Source: Paracoccaceae bacterium
Lineage (GTDB): Bacteria; Pseudomonadota; Alphaproteobacteria; MPNO01; UBA830
NCBI GenBank assembly: GCA_047638395.1
Contig: JBLIMV010000002.1
Coordinates: 162,787-226,786, forward strand
DNA length: 64,000 bases
Reading direction: 5' to 3'
Of this stretch, positions 18,723 to 29,814 are shown one piece after another. The translations under genes were made by a program, and so were the position numbers. How positions within the stretch are numbered: position 1 is the first letter of the stretch; each line of letters starts with the position of its first letter. The notes under the pieces were generated by a model. The model worked only from the letters and a program-made list of their open reading frames with translations, was not told the DNA's origin and made no database searches.

Positions 18723-20708
18723 ATGGACCAACGTAATCTCATCCTCGCCATCGTTCTGTCGGTGTCCATCCTGCTGGGTTTCCAGGTCTTCATCGAAGGC
18801 CCCCGCGTGGAAGAACAACGCGTGCTTCAGGAAGCTCAGAAGGCCAAGGAAGCGGCGCAGGCGATCAACCCCGCAATACCGGGTCAGACTGTCGCCCCCA
18901 TTCCTGGGCAAAGCATCGGTGGCGTGCCGGGGCAATCCATCGTACCGACGCCGGGCGCAGTGCCGCCGGGTGCAGGCGCACCAGTCGCCGGCCAGCCCGT
19001 CGCGCCGCGCAGCATTTCGCGCGCCGCCGTTGTCGCCGCCGACCCGCGGGTCAAAATCGCCACCAACAGGGTCATCGGCTCGATCCGGCTGAAGGGCGGG
19101 CTGATCGACGATCTCACCCTGCTCAACTATCGCCAGACGCTGGAGAAAGACAGCGAGAACATCGTGATGCTGTCGCCGCTTGGCACCGAAAACCCCTATT
19201 ACGCCCAGTTTGGCTGGACCACGACGACGACCGGCATCACCCTGCCGAATGCCGAAACCGTCTGGACCTCCGACCGGTCCACGCTGTCCGTCGGCCAGGC
19301 CGTGACCCTGCGCTGGACCAATCCCGAGGGCATTGAATTCTCACAGGTCATTTCGATCGACGAGAATTTCATGTTTGCTGTCGATCAGCGCATTACCAAT
19401 AACGGTACCCAGACCGCGGTTATCCACCCGTTCGGCCTGATTTCGCTCTCCGGCATGCCGGAAACCGCCGGTTTCTGGATTTTGCATGAAGGCATGATCG
19501 GCGTTTTCGACGAAACGCTGACCGAGGTCGATTACGACGACCTGCCGGACGAACCAAACGGCATCCAGGCCGTTGACGGGGCGGCCAAATGGCTCGGCAT
19601 CACCGCCAAGTATTTTGCAACTTCCCTCGTCCCCGATCAGAAGGTCACCAATAACGGCCGGTTCGTTCACACGGCACCGGGCGGCAAGGACAAATTCCAG
19701 GCAGATTACCTGGCAGCCTCACAGACAGTAGCGCCCGGTCAGTCCGTTGCCTTCTCGACCCGCCTGTTTGCCGGCGCCAAAGAAGTCAGGCTACTGGATT
19801 CATATGAAGAAAAACTCGGCATTCCGCGGTTTGACCGCATGGTCGATTTCGGCTGGTTCTATTTCCTGACCAAACCGATCTTCTACGCCATCGATTATTT
19901 CTATCAGCTGCTCGGCAATTTCGGCCTCGCGATCCTGTTGCTGACGGTCCTGATCAAGCTCGCGTTCTTCCCGCTCGCGAACAAGTCCTACAAATCCATG
20001 AGCCGGCTGAAGAAACTGCAGCCCAAAATGGTCGAGATCCGCGAAAAACATAAAGACGACAAACAGCGCCAGAACACGGCGATGATGGAGCTGTACAAGA
20101 AGGAAGGCGCCAACCCGATGTCGGGTTGCTTCCCCATCCTGATCCAGATCCCGGTCTTCTTCGCGCTCTACAAGGTGTTGTTCGTCACGATTGAGATGCG
20201 CCATGCGCCGTTCTTCGGCTGGATTCAGGATCTATCGGCGCCCGATCCGTTCGGGTTGCTGATCGGTTTCGGTCTGTTCAACTGGGACGTCCCGCAGAGC
20301 CTGCAGATCGTCAATGTCGGCATCTGGCCCATCATCATGGGTATCACGATGTTCCTGCAGCAACGGCTCAACCCGCAGCCGGCGGATCCGATGCAGCAGA
20401 AAATCTTCATGCTGCTGCCCATCGTGTTCACGTTCCTGCTCGGCAGTTTCCCGGCCGGACTGGTCATTTACTGGGCCTGGAACAACACGCTGTCGATTGC
20501 CCAGCAATGGGTGATCATGCGCAGAATGGGTGTCTCAGCCTCGGGCAAGACGATCAACGAAGAGCCGCCCAAGGCACCGCCACGCGGAAACAAGAAGAAA
20601 AAGGGCGACTCCGACGACGCCGCGGATAGCGAAGAGCCGGAGAAAAAACCCGGCCCGACCCCGCCATCCGCGAAGGGCAAAACCCGCCGTCAGCGCAAGA
20701 AGCGCTGA
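18723..20708 (+). CDS. yidC: membrane protein insertase YidC
   Basis: 661 aa. Periplasmic domain plus the conserved 60-kDa IMP core (LLPIVFTFLLGSFPAGLVIYW). Basic C-terminal tail. Confidence 0.9.
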   Translation: MDQRNLILAIVLSVSILLGFQVFIEGPRVEEQRVLQEAQKAKEAAQAINPAIPGQTVAPIPGQSIGGVPGQSIVPTPGAVPPGAGAPVAGQPVAPRSISRAAVVAADPRVKIATNRVIGSIRLKGGLIDDLTLLNYRQTLEKDSENIVMLSPLGTENPYYAQFGWTTTTTGITLPNAETVWTSDRSTLSVGQAVTLRWTNPEGIEFSQVISIDENFMFAVDQRITNNGTQTAVIHPFGLISLSGMPETAGFWILHEGMIGVFDETLTEVDYDDLPDEPNGIQAVDGAAKWLGITAKYFATSLVPDQKVTNNGRFVHTAPGGKDKFQADYLAASQTVAPGQSVAFSTRLFAGAKEVRLLDSYEEKLGIPRFDRMVDFGWFYFLTKPIFYAIDYFYQLLGNFGLAILLLTVLIKLAFFPLANKSYKSMSRLKKLQPKMVEIREKHKDDKQRQNTAMMELYKKEGANPMSGCFPILIQIPVFFALYKVLFVTIEMRHAPFFGWIQDLSAPDPFGLLIGFGLFNWDVPQSLQIVNVGIWPIIMGITMFLQQRLNPQPADPMQQKIFMLLPIVFTFLLGSFPAGLVIYWAWNNTLSIAQQWVIMRRMGVSASGKTINEEPPKAPPRGNKKKKGDSDDAADSEEPEKKPGPTPPSAKGKTRRQRKKR

Positions 20709-20728
20709 GCGGTGAGAGACTCCCTGTC

Positions 20729-21388
20729 ATGACCGATGCGCCCGATACAGAGCATGAGCATGACGCCGCCTCGCTGGAACGCGGTCGCTGGCTGTTCGCA
20801 CAGGAAGCCGTCTTTATCTCCGGCGCCGCGGATTACGATGGCGTGCCGGTGACCCGGATTCCCGAGATCGCTTTCGTCGGGCGCTCCAATGTCGGCAAAT
20901 CGAGCCTGATCAACGCCCTGACCGGCCGCCGGACTCTCGCCCGGACATCAAACACGCCCGGGCGCACACAACAGATTAATTTCTTCCAGATTCTCGATGC
21001 GCTGATGCTCGCCGATTTGCCCGGTTACGGATATGCAAAGGCATCGAAGACCGAGATTGAGCGCTGGACCACGATGATATTCGACTATCTGCGGGGCCGC
21101 GCACCCCTGCGCCGCGTCTGCCTGCTGATCGACGCACGGCACGGGCTCAAAGACAGCGATATCGGCGTGATGAAGGACCTGGACACCGCTGCGGTGTCCT
21201 ATCAGATCGTGCTCACCAAGTGTGACAAGGTCAAAGCGGAAGCAATGGACCGCCTGATGGCCGACACAAAGGCCAAGATTGCGCAACACGTCGCCGCCCA
21301 TCCCGTCATCGTCCAGACCAGTTCGGTCAAGGGCGGTGGCATCGAATTCCTGCGCGCAGAACTGGCAATGATCGCCGATATCCGCTAA
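20729..21388 (+). CDS. engB: ribosome biogenesis GTP-binding protein YihA/YsxC (EngB)
   Basis: G1 motif GRSNVGKSSLINAL. DxPG. TKCD. Confidence 0.85.
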   Translation: MTDAPDTEHEHDAASLERGRWLFAQEAVFISGAADYDGVPVTRIPEIAFVGRSNVGKSSLINALTGRRTLARTSNTPGRTQQINFFQILDALMLADLPGYGYAKASKTEIERWTTMIFDYLRGRAPLRRVCLLIDARHGLKDSDIGVMKDLDTAAVSYQIVLTKCDKVKAEAMDRLMADTKAKIAQHVAAHPVIVQTSSVKGGGIEFLRAELAMIADIR

Positions 21389-21433
21389 ACGCGGACGGCA
21401 ATTTCATCCTATCCTCTGGCCCGAGAGCACAAG

Positions 21434-22360
21434 ATGGCAGTCTCCAAGAAGAACGAGCCCAAAAACATTTCCGAGATCAAATCGTTGATTCGTACTGCCG
21501 AAACCCTGACCGAGGCCCTGCCCTATCTTCAGGAATTCGGCGGCAAGACCTTCGTCATCAAGTATGGCGGACACGCGATGGGCGACGCCCGGCTCGCCGA
21601 ACAGTTTGCGAGCGACATCGTTCTGCTGAAACAGGTCGGTATCAACCCGGTCATCGTCCATGGCGGCGGCCCGCAGATCGGCCGGATGCTGAAGCAGCTC
21701 AAGATCGAAAGTGAATTTATCGACGGGCTTCGGGTCACCGACAAACGGACCGTCGAAATCGTCGAGATGGTGCTGGCAGGATCGATCAACAAAGAGGTCG
21801 TCACCGCGATCAACGATGCCGGGGGCACCGCCGTCGGTATATCAGGCAAGGACGGAAACCTGATCCGGGCGGAGAAGCTAAAACATCGCCAGAAGACCGA
21901 TTCCAACATCGAGAAAGTCGTCGATCTAGGTTTTGTCGGCGTCCCCGTTGCCATCAACACGAAGGTTCTCGATACGCTGGCCGGATCGCACATGATCCCG
22001 GTCATTGCCCCGCTCGGGATCGGCGAGGGCGGCACCACCTACAACATCAATGCCGATACCGCCGCCGGTGCCATTGCCGGCGCGATCGGGGCGACCCGCC
22101 TTTTGATGCTGACCGACGTGACCGGCGTGCTGAACAAGAAAGGCGAGCTGATCACCGATATCACGGCACGCCAGGCAAAAGCGCTGATTAAAAACGGCAC
22201 CATTACGGGCGGTATGATCCCCAAGATCGAGACCTGTCTGGACGCCGTCAAAGAGGGTGTCGAGGCATCGGTCATCATGGATGGCCGCGTACCGCATGCG
22301 TTGCTGCTTGAAATATTCACCGAGCACGGCGCCGGCACCATGATCCGCGCCAAAAAATAA
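21434..22360 (+). CDS. argB: acetylglutamate kinase
   Basis: [10 protein letters not shown] and [10 protein letters not shown] amino-acid-kinase motifs. 308 aa. Confidence 0.85.
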   Translation: MAVSKKNEPKNISEIKSLIRTAETLTEALPYLQEFGGKTFVIKYGGHAMGDARLAEQFASDIVLLKQVGINPVIVHGGGPQIGRMLKQLKIESEFIDGLRVTDKRTVEIVEMVLAGSINKEVVTAINDAGGTAVGISGKDGNLIRAEKLKHRQKTDSNIEKVVDLGFVGVPVAINTKVLDTLAGSHMIPVIAPLGIGEGGTTYNINADTAAGAIAGAIGATRLLMLTDVTGVLNKKGELITDITARQAKALIKNGTITGGMIPKIETCLDAVKEGVEASVIMDGRVPHALLLEIFTEHGAGTMIRAKK

Positions 22361-22378
22361 CAACCGGACGTCTCTGAC

Positions 22379-23638
22379 CTAGCCGCCGAAGAATTCCACC
22401 TGCCAGGCCAGGTCCTTTTCAGACATCGCGTAATTCCCGCCCCGCGGCTTGATCGCCTCCGACGGAGATACTTTTGCAAGCCGGAGCTGCAGCTGGTGCG
22501 CAAGCTCCGCGGACAATCCCGCCTTCCAGGACAGTGCCGCAACGCCCTTGGCGCTGGCGAGCGAGAAAGCCTTGCGCACGGCGGGGCCGGCTGTCTCACC
22601 CAGGACCGCTATCGCCTCGATCACAAACTGCCGGTCACCCCGCAGCATCGCTGCCTTCACGTCGCTTTCGGTCAGTCTTTGTTCGGCATATAGCCTGCGG
22701 ACTTTCTCCGACGCGGGCTCGTCATCGTCGCTATCGACACCAGCATCACCCAGTCGGCGCCGAACGCCTTCACCGATCGCGTCGGTGACACTGGTATCCA
22801 GATCTTTGCGGGCAGCAAGTGTCTCGAGAAGAGCTTCCGTCACGAAGCGTGACAGGGCGGAGCCTGCCCGCGCCGACAGGGAAGGCCGGGCCACCAAGGG
22901 TGCGTGCCAGGCGTCCTGATCGGCTGCACTGTCGACGATCCTGTCCAGTGTCTCTTCGCGAATCTGTGCGCTTTTGTTCGAAAGAAGCGTGGTGATGACA
23001 TCCGTATCGTCGGTGGCAACGATTGCATCGGTCACATCGGCGCCGAGCGCATGACGACCGGAGATAGCGTGAAGCGCCGCGCGGACCGGGCCGCTTTCGA
23101 TGATCTCGACCAGAAACTCATCCGACAAAAGGGGCGAATTCCCCAGAACGGGCACGCAGACAGCTTCATCCGGATCGCGCGCCAGCTGCTCGATCACGGA
23201 AGCGGGCACACCTTTGGCGTCTTTCAGGGAGTCTGAAAGTACTCTGCGAATTTTGACGGCTTCGTCACGCGCCAGGTTTTCGAGAATACCGGTGACGATA
23301 TCGCCCGCGCGATCGCGTTCGGCGGCGGACAGTTCGGGCGCAAGCGCTGCGATCTTGTAGGCAACCCGTTCCCTCACGGCATCGTCAGCATCTTTCGACA
23401 GGACTTCGTCCGCCTGAACCGGCGTGGACGGATTGGCCGCGATCTCGGCGCGGACTCCGGCATCGGAATCCTCGGCCAGAAAATACAGGATTTCGGGTTG
23501 AACGTTTGCGCGCTTCGCCAGTTTCCGGCGCGCGCCGGTATTCGGATCTGCGGCCCGCGATTTCGCCTGATCGTATTCCATCATCGCGCCGCCCTGCCGG
23601 CGGCCAAGCGACATCAGTCCCGATAGTAAGCTGCTCAT
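22379..23638 (-). CDS. hypothetical protein with alpha-helical (HEAT-like) repeats; probably DUF2336 family
   Basis: Repeat-rich acidic/Ala-rich sequence. Family assignment is from memory only. Confidence 0.45.
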   Translation of the reverse strand: MSSLLSGLMSLGRRQGGAMMEYDQAKSRAADPNTGARRKLAKRANVQPEILYFLAEDSDAGVRAEIAANPSTPVQADEVLSKDADDAVRERVAYKIAALAPELSAAERDRAGDIVTGILENLARDEAVKIRRVLSDSLKDAKGVPASVIEQLARDPDEAVCVPVLGNSPLLSDEFLVEIIESGPVRAALHAISGRHALGADVTDAIVATDDTDVITTLLSNKSAQIREETLDRIVDSAADQDAWHAPLVARPSLSARAGSALSRFVTEALLETLAARKDLDTSVTDAIGEGVRRRLGDAGVDSDDDEPASEKVRRLYAEQRLTESDVKAAMLRGDRQFVIEAIAVLGETAGPAVRKAFSLASAKGVAALSWKAGLSAELAHQLQLRLAKVSPSEAIKPRGGNYAMSEKDLAWQVEFFGG

Positions 23639-25200
23639 CCCGTTTCCTGCAGATCGTTTTCCGGCACCTCTTTGGGCGCGGTTGTTTCCGTTTCGCCCGT
23701 TTGTTCCGGCTGTGCTTCGGCGGCAATGACGTAGCCGGATTTCCCGCCATGCTTGATGTCATACATCGCTGCGTCCGCACGCGCCGTAAGGTCGGCGACG
23801 GTTTCATTCGCGCCCTCGGCGTCAAACACCGCAACACCGACGGAAATCCCAAGCGGCTTGTCCGGTGCGCCGGAATAGATACGCAGTCCTCTGGAGGCTG
23901 CGATCAGCCCGGCCGCCCGTTTCTTTGCGACACCCTGGTCTGTGCGGTCCATCCACATGGCGAACTCGTCGCCGCCAAGCCGGGCAACCAGGTCGCCCGG
24001 ACGGGTCTGCGTCACCAGAAGATCGGCAAGAGCGATCAACGCCTCATCACCGCGCTGGTGGCCATGGACGTCGTTGACGGCCTTGAAGTTGTCGAGATCG
24101 ACATAAAACAGCGACCCGTCAGACCCGCCGGCACCGGCGCGCGCCGTGCGGTCGGCAAGTTCCGCCAGAAACGCCCGGCGGTTAAGCAGGCCGGTCATTT
24201 CATCGGTCCGGGCCATCGCCTCAAGCTTGTGGTGGCTGTCGACCTGAGCGATCAGAATGGCAAACTGGTTCGCAAGTTCGTCACAGAACCGGCGCTCATC
24301 ATCGCTGAAAGCATTGTCTTCCAGCTTGCGCGAGACGAGCAGCACAGCAATCACCGAATCCTGAAAAACGACGGGCGCACAAAGATGAAAACACTCGCTG
24401 TCGGCCGCCGTGACCAGCGACCGGCTTTCGGCCATCCGGTTGAAAACCGTCTTGAGGACCGGCGCATCTTTATCACCGGTGTCTTGCGCGCTGACGAGAA
24501 GCTGGAACGTGCCATCTTCATCGGGGCGGCGAATATCGGCGTAATCTGCCGCAAGCGTGTCACGGGTTTCAGCCAATGCGGATGCGAGAACGTTATCGGG
24601 ATCAAATTCGCAACTCGCCGCACGCACGATACGGGCCATGGCCGCGTCCCGGTACTGCAGGGCGGCAAAGGCCGCGTTCTGGCGGCGTTCTTCGGTCACA
24701 TCCCGACACACGCCCCGGGCGCCCGCATAAACACCGGCATCGTCCACGATCGGAATGGCCGACGTGCTCAGACAGGCATCTCTGCCGTTGGACGCACGCA
24801 GCCAGATATCGACATCGCGCACAGCCGCGCGCGCTTCGAACGGCGTTTCAGCGGGTTGGCCACCGCCCTCCGCCAGGAAGCGCTTTGCCGGTGCGCCGAT
24901 CAATTCTTCCGGGCGGTATCCCAGTGTCAGTCCCGGTGAGACAAAAACAAACCCGCCGGCAGCATCTGTTTCCCACGCGAAGTCGCCGGACACCTCAACG
25001 ATTTCCTTGAAACGCCGCCGAGATTCGACCAGCGCATCGATAAGCGCCCGATCGGGGCGTTCACCGGTCCGTTCACCACCTCGTTCACCCTGGGGGATTG
25101 TTTTGGCTTTGGCAGGTGGTCCGGAAAGTTCTGCCACTGGAGCAACCGGCGCCGTCGAGGCGCTGGCGCTTGGGCGGGTTTTGATCAATCCAAACAGCAT
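23635..25200 (-). CDS. PAS-sensor diguanylate cyclase (GGDEF)
   Basis: GGDEF active site (RLGGDEFAMW) with upstream PAS-like regions. Start placed at MLFGLIK (25200) to avoid a 120-bp overlap with the EAL gene. Confidence 0.75.
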   Translation of the reverse strand: MLFGLIKTRPSASASTAPVAPVAELSGPPAKAKTIPQGERGGERTGERPDRALIDALVESRRRFKEIVEVSGDFAWETDAAGGFVFVSPGLTLGYRPEELIGAPAKRFLAEGGGQPAETPFEARAAVRDVDIWLRASNGRDACLSTSAIPIVDDAGVYAGARGVCRDVTEERRQNAAFAALQYRDAAMARIVRAASCEFDPDNVLASALAETRDTLAADYADIRRPDEDGTFQLLVSAQDTGDKDAPVLKTVFNRMAESRSLVTAADSECFHLCAPVVFQDSVIAVLLVSRKLEDNAFSDDERRFCDELANQFAILIAQVDSHHKLEAMARTDEMTGLLNRRAFLAELADRTARAGAGGSDGSLFYVDLDNFKAVNDVHGHQRGDEALIALADLLVTQTRPGDLVARLGGDEFAMWMDRTDQGVAKKRAAGLIAASRGLRIYSGAPDKPLGISVGVAVFDAEGANETVADLTARADAAMYDIKHGGKSGYVIAAEAQPEQTGETETTAPKEVPENDLQETG

Positions 25201-25204
25201 CCGA

Positions 25205-26929
25205 TCAGCCGTTCGCCGCGTTTTTGCGGCTCCAACCGCCACTGAGGACCTTCTTGCGCGCCACCCGTTTCGGCGCAAAGCTGAATATATCGGGGGACGG
25301 CTTTCCGTAAAGATAGCCCTGCGCATAGGGGATGCCGCAGTCCGTCAGAAACTCTACGGTGGCTTCCTCTTCGACCATTTCGGCAATCGTGTCGATGTCG
25401 AGTTCACGGCACAGACCGGCAATTGCTTTTATGAACGCACGGAGTTTCCGGTCGTTATGCGCTTCCTGAATGTAGGCGCCATCGATCTTGACGACATCGA
25501 TGTCGAGCGCATGCAGATATTTGAGCGCCGCCGACCCTGCGCCAAAATCATCAAGGCAGACCTGATGTCCTGCCGAGCGAAGGCTCTGGATGATGTCGTT
25601 TACACGGCGCAGATCATGAATTTTGGCGGATTCAGTGATTTCGATCGCAATCTGGCTCCGTAGATTGTCATGTTTCGCAAGCAGCTTCAGCAGGGCTTCC
25701 ACGAAGGACGGGTTTTCAATGGACCGACCCGACAGGTTCACCGCGAGGTTGAGAACCTGACCCTTTTTCCGCCAACCGCGCAGCAACCCGATAACCTTGC
25801 GGAACATGGCGAAATCGAAATCGCAGATCAGGCCCATATTTTCGGCGAACGTGATCAGCTCATAAGGCGACCTGTCGAGCCCACCGGCAAAACGGGCAAG
25901 AACTTCGTAGTGATGGATTTCTTTTGACGGCAGGCCGACGATGGGCTGGAACACGGCATCGAAACTGTCGGCGGACACCATTTCGCGAAATTCGACCATC
26001 TTTGCCGACGTGTCGGCAAGAAGACTGTCAAGATTTTCGCTCAGGCTTTTGATTGCGGGTTCGCTGCTTGGGTCCGCGCAATAATGATTGATCGTATAGA
26101 GAAACGCCTTCACGGCATCCTGCGGATCTGCGCCTTTAAAATCCGCTGGTGCGGTACTGCTGTTGACGCGAATCCCGATTCCTTTGGGATCAGCCGCCTT
26201 GAGGTGTGTTTGCAGACGTTCGCGCAGCGCCGCGACATCGAATGCCCCGTCATGCAAGACGCCGTAGTTCTCGTCGTCGAACTTGGCGGCAACATCCTTA
26301 TTCCCGGCGCCATCGTCGAAACAGTGGCCCAGGGTGCGCATAAGGTCCTGGTCGGCTTCCTCGTCAAGACGGGTCCGGAGCTCGCCCATGTCTTCGAGAC
26401 GCAGCATCGTGACCTTCAGCTCCTCGCCGTCAGCCTCCGCGTCCTTGATGCGCTGGGTCGCAAATTCGGCAAACGCATCCTTATTGAGAAGTCCGGTCTC
26501 CGTATCGCGTCGCGGATCGGAACTACCCGCAAACGACTCTTCTTTGCTGGTTAGCCGCAGCGCAAAGAAAAACGATCCGGGCAAGTCAGGCAGGTGGTAA
26601 CCGGTCAGCATCAGCCGCGGCGTCGGACCGTTCGGACCGGACAACCGCACCATCATGGGCTCAAGTCGGTTCGCCGAGCCCAGACCTTCGAGCCGCCGGC
26701 CCACATAATCCCGCTCGACCGAATCGATCAAGTCGACAAACGCCTTGCCAATCACGTCATGGGGTTCGAAGTCAGTTAGCGCCTTGGTTGCACCGGCAGC
26801 ATAGGTAATCGTCTGGTCCTGATTGACCTCAAACAGCATATCCGCCGCACAAAAAGCGAGCGCGACGAAGCGGTCACGCTCTTTCTTGAGCGTATCGACA
26901 TATTCAGGTTGTGCCTGCGGTTGCACCAT
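25205..26929 (-). CDS. EAL-domain c-di-GMP phosphodiesterase with N-terminal PAS and a degenerate GGDEF-like domain
   Basis: EAL signature (HHYEVLARF). DDFGAG and KIDGAYIQ motifs. Confidence 0.75.
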   Translation of the reverse strand: MVQPQAQPEYVDTLKKERDRFVALAFCAADMLFEVNQDQTITYAAGATKALTDFEPHDVIGKAFVDLIDSVERDYVGRRLEGLGSANRLEPMMVRLSGPNGPTPRLMLTGYHLPDLPGSFFFALRLTSKEESFAGSSDPRRDTETGLLNKDAFAEFATQRIKDAEADGEELKVTMLRLEDMGELRTRLDEEADQDLMRTLGHCFDDGAGNKDVAAKFDDENYGVLHDGAFDVAALRERLQTHLKAADPKGIGIRVNSSTAPADFKGADPQDAVKAFLYTINHYCADPSSEPAIKSLSENLDSLLADTSAKMVEFREMVSADSFDAVFQPIVGLPSKEIHHYEVLARFAGGLDRSPYELITFAENMGLICDFDFAMFRKVIGLLRGWRKKGQVLNLAVNLSGRSIENPSFVEALLKLLAKHDNLRSQIAIEITESAKIHDLRRVNDIIQSLRSAGHQVCLDDFGAGSAALKYLHALDIDVVKIDGAYIQEAHNDRKLRAFIKAIAGLCRELDIDTIAEMVEEEATVEFLTDCGIPYAQGYLYGKPSPDIFSFAPKRVARKKVLSGGWSRKNAANG

Positions 26930-27033
26930 TCGTTCAACTTTGCCCTTTGATCACCGAGGAACCGTTCGCCATCGTAACAACCGGGCCTTAACGATTCCTT
27001 GCGTCTCTGAAGATCACGCGCCACATTCCGGTC

Positions 27034-27729
27034 ATGCAAGAAAATGGCCCCACAACCGCAAAAAACATCGATTCCAGCGGTATCGACACCTGGATTTTCG
27101 ATCTCGACAACACGCTTTACCGCACCAGTCCGGAAATGCTGGCCCAGATCGACCATTTGATGGGGTCTTTCATCAGCGACTTCCTGAATGTCGACCGCGT
27201 TGAAGCCCGGCGCATCCAGAAAGGATATTTCCGCACCCACGGACTGACCCTTCGCGGCCTGATGCTCGAACACGGACTCGACCCACAGGACTATATCGAC
27301 CACCTGTCACAGCTTGATCTGTCGGATGTTGCGCCGAATCCGGAGCTCGCCGACACACTGAACCGGCTGGAAGGCCGCAAGATCATCTATACCAACGCGT
27401 TTACAGAACATACGCGCGAGGTGATGGAGCGCATCGGTATCACCACCCATTTCGATGCCGTCTACGATATCGGCGATGCGGATTACGTCCCGAAACCGGC
27501 CATCGATTCCTATCGCCGCCTGTGTGACCTGCACGATGTCGATCCGACGCGGGCAGCAATGGTCGAGGATATTTCGCGAAATCTCGAACCGGCCGCCGAA
27601 CTGGGGATGACAACCGTCTGGGTCCGGACCGATACAAGCTGGGCAAAAGACGTGACTGAAACGGGTCATATCGACCATATCACCGACGATCTGACCGCCT
27701 GGCTGCAAAATCTCGGAAATAGCACCTGA
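27034..27729 (+). CDS. HAD-superfamily hydrolase (pyrimidine 5'-nucleotidase-like, subfamily IA)
   Basis: HAD motif I WIFDLDNTLY. Motifs III/IV are present. Confidence 0.7.
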   Translation: MQENGPTTAKNIDSSGIDTWIFDLDNTLYRTSPEMLAQIDHLMGSFISDFLNVDRVEARRIQKGYFRTHGLTLRGLMLEHGLDPQDYIDHLSQLDLSDVAPNPELADTLNRLEGRKIIYTNAFTEHTREVMERIGITTHFDAVYDIGDADYVPKPAIDSYRRLCDLHDVDPTRAAMVEDISRNLEPAAELGMTTVWVRTDTSWAKDVTETGHIDHITDDLTAWLQNLGNST

Positions 27730-27797
27730 CGCGTTTCCTCCGGCGACGATAATGATCTATATTCCCGCCGAATTTTAAGAGACAAGGCGTAGATAAC

Positions 27798-28655
27798 ATG
27801 ACCGACACAGCACTCGAACAATCCATTGATCAGGCGTGGGAAGACCGCGATTCGATTACGCCGCAATCCACAGGCGCCGCACGCGACGCGATCGAAACCG
27901 CTCTCGAAGGGCTCGATTCCGGTACACTGCGGGTTGCCGAAAAAGGTGCCGACGGCTGGACCGTCAACCAGTGGCTCAAAAAGGCCGTGCTGCTGTCGTT
28001 CCGTATATACGACATGGCGCCGCTGCCGGGCGGCCCCACTTTCCCCGGCCTGGGCGAAAGTGCCTGGTTCGACAAGGTGCCGTCGAAATTCGCCGGCTGG
28101 GATGAAGAAAAATTCCGCGCTGCCGGATTCCGCACCGTACCGAACTGCACCGTGCGCCGGTCCGCCTTCCTGGCACCCAACGTCATTCTGATGCCGAGCT
28201 TCGTAAACCTCGGTGCCTATGTCGATTCCGGCACGATGGTCGATACCTGGGCGACGATCGGTTCCTGCGCGCAAATCGGCAAGAACTGCCATATATCGGG
28301 CGGCGTCGGCATTGGCGGCGTTCTGGAGCCGTTGCAGGCGGATCCGGTCATCATCGAGGATAACTGCTTCATCGGTGCCCGGTCGGAAGTGGCCGAAGGG
28401 GTGATCGTCGAAGAAGGCGCCGTTCTGTCCATGGGCGTGTTCCTCGGGCAGTCGACCAAGATCATCAACCGGGAGACCGGCGCAATCCATATGGGCCGCG
28501 TGCCGTCTTATTCAGTCGTCGTCCCGGGCACGCTGCCGGGCAAACCGCTGCCCGATGGCAGTGAAGGCCCCAGCCTCTACTGTGCCGTGATCGTCAAAAG
28601 GGTCGATGAGCAGACCCGGTCCAAGACGTCGATCAACGACCTGCTGCGGGACTGA
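27798..28655 (+). CDS. dapD: 2,3,4,5-tetrahydropyridine-2,6-dicarboxylate N-succinyltransferase
   Basis: DapD N-terminal domain plus hexapeptide-repeat left-handed beta-helix region. 285 aa. Confidence 0.85.
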   Translation: MTDTALEQSIDQAWEDRDSITPQSTGAARDAIETALEGLDSGTLRVAEKGADGWTVNQWLKKAVLLSFRIYDMAPLPGGPTFPGLGESAWFDKVPSKFAGWDEEKFRAAGFRTVPNCTVRRSAFLAPNVILMPSFVNLGAYVDSGTMVDTWATIGSCAQIGKNCHISGGVGIGGVLEPLQADPVIIEDNCFIGARSEVAEGVIVEEGAVLSMGVFLGQSTKIINRETGAIHMGRVPSYSVVVPGTLPGKPLPDGSEGPSLYCAVIVKRVDEQTRSKTSINDLLRD

Positions 28656-28741
28656 CCGCCATCGTTGACGCCGTCGAACTTTCCCGCGACCTGATCCGCT
28701 GTCCCAGCATTACGCCGGCGGATGCAGGCGCGCTGGATGTA

Positions 28742-29806
28742 TTGCAGGCGGCGCTCGAGGAAATCGGCTTTGTCTGCCACCGGCTGAAATTTTCAGATAG
28801 CGACACGCCGGATATCGACAACCTCTACGCCCGGTTTGGCGAAGCGGCGCCGAATTTCTGCTTCGCCGGCCACACGGACGTCGTCCCGCTCGGCAATCCC
28901 GACGCCTGGTCGGTCGACCCGTTCGGCGGTGAGATCATCGACGATGTACTCTATGGCCGTGGCGCCACCGACATGAAAAGCGCGGTCGGCGCGTTTGTCG
29001 ATGCCGCATCGCGTGTTGTCGAAGCCGGAACGGTAAAGGGATCGATCAGCCTCCTGATCACCGGCGACGAGGAAGGCCCCGCGGTCAACGGCACCACCAA
29101 GGTGCTCGACTGGATGGCGGAAAACGGCGAGGTGATCGACGTCTGCCTGGTCGGTGAGCCGACGAACCCGCTTAACCTCGGCGACATGATCAAGATCGGC
29201 CGCCGCGGCAGCATGACGGGCACGCTTACCGTCACCGGCGTGCAGGGACATACCGCTTATCCGCACCTTGCCGACAATCCATTGCCCCGGCTGATCGCGA
29301 TTCTCGATGCCATGGCCAATACGAAACTGGATGATGGCACCGATCACTTCCAGCCATCGAACCTGCAACTCACCACCATCGATACCGGTAACCCGGCAAC
29401 CAATGTCACCCCTGCCGAGGCAGCCGCCGGTTTCAATATCCGGTTCAACGACCTGCATACGGGCGCCAGCCTGACCGAATGGTTGCACGAACACTGCAAG
29501 GCGGCCGGCGGACAATACGATCTGGATATCCGGATATCGGGCGAAGCTTTCCTGACACCGCCGGGCGATTTCAGCGCGCTGATGTCCCGGGTCGTGAAGG
29601 AGATCACCGGGCTGGAGCCGGAGCTCAGCACGTCAGGCGGTACATCCGATGCGCGGTTTATCAAGGATTACTGCCCGGTCGCGGAATTCGGACTGGTCGG
29701 TCAGACCATGCACAAGGTGGACGAGCGCATCGCCGTTGCCGACATCCGCGCACTGGCCGATATTTACGCCGCGATCCTCGACGGATATTTCGCGGCGCGC
29801 GGCTAA
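28742..29806 (+). CDS. dapE: succinyl-diaminopimelate desuccinylase (M20 peptidase)
   Basis: M20 motifs ([21 protein letters not shown]). Conserved DapE N-terminal residues are encoded in-frame from 28652 with no canonical start, so the true start is probably upstream of ATG 28742. Confidence 0.8.
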   Translation: MQAALEEIGFVCHRLKFSDSDTPDIDNLYARFGEAAPNFCFAGHTDVVPLGNPDAWSVDPFGGEIIDDVLYGRGATDMKSAVGAFVDAASRVVEAGTVKGSISLLITGDEEGPAVNGTTKVLDWMAENGEVIDVCLVGEPTNPLNLGDMIKIGRRGSMTGTLTVTGVQGHTAYPHLADNPLPRLIAILDAMANTKLDDGTDHFQPSNLQLTTIDTGNPATNVTPAEAAAGFNIRFNDLHTGASLTEWLHEHCKAAGGQYDLDIRISGEAFLTPPGDFSALMSRVVKEITGLEPELSTSGGTSDARFIKDYCPVAEFGLVGQTMHKVDERIAVADIRALADIYAAILDGYFAARG

Positions 29807-29814
29807 GCACCGGC

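Noticed and set aside
29479-29814. Upstream 112-codon extension of the membrane-protein ORF
   Set aside because: It overlaps the 3' end of dapE in another frame with Arg/Gly-rich nonsense. The ATG at 29815 just after the dapE stop is the credible start.
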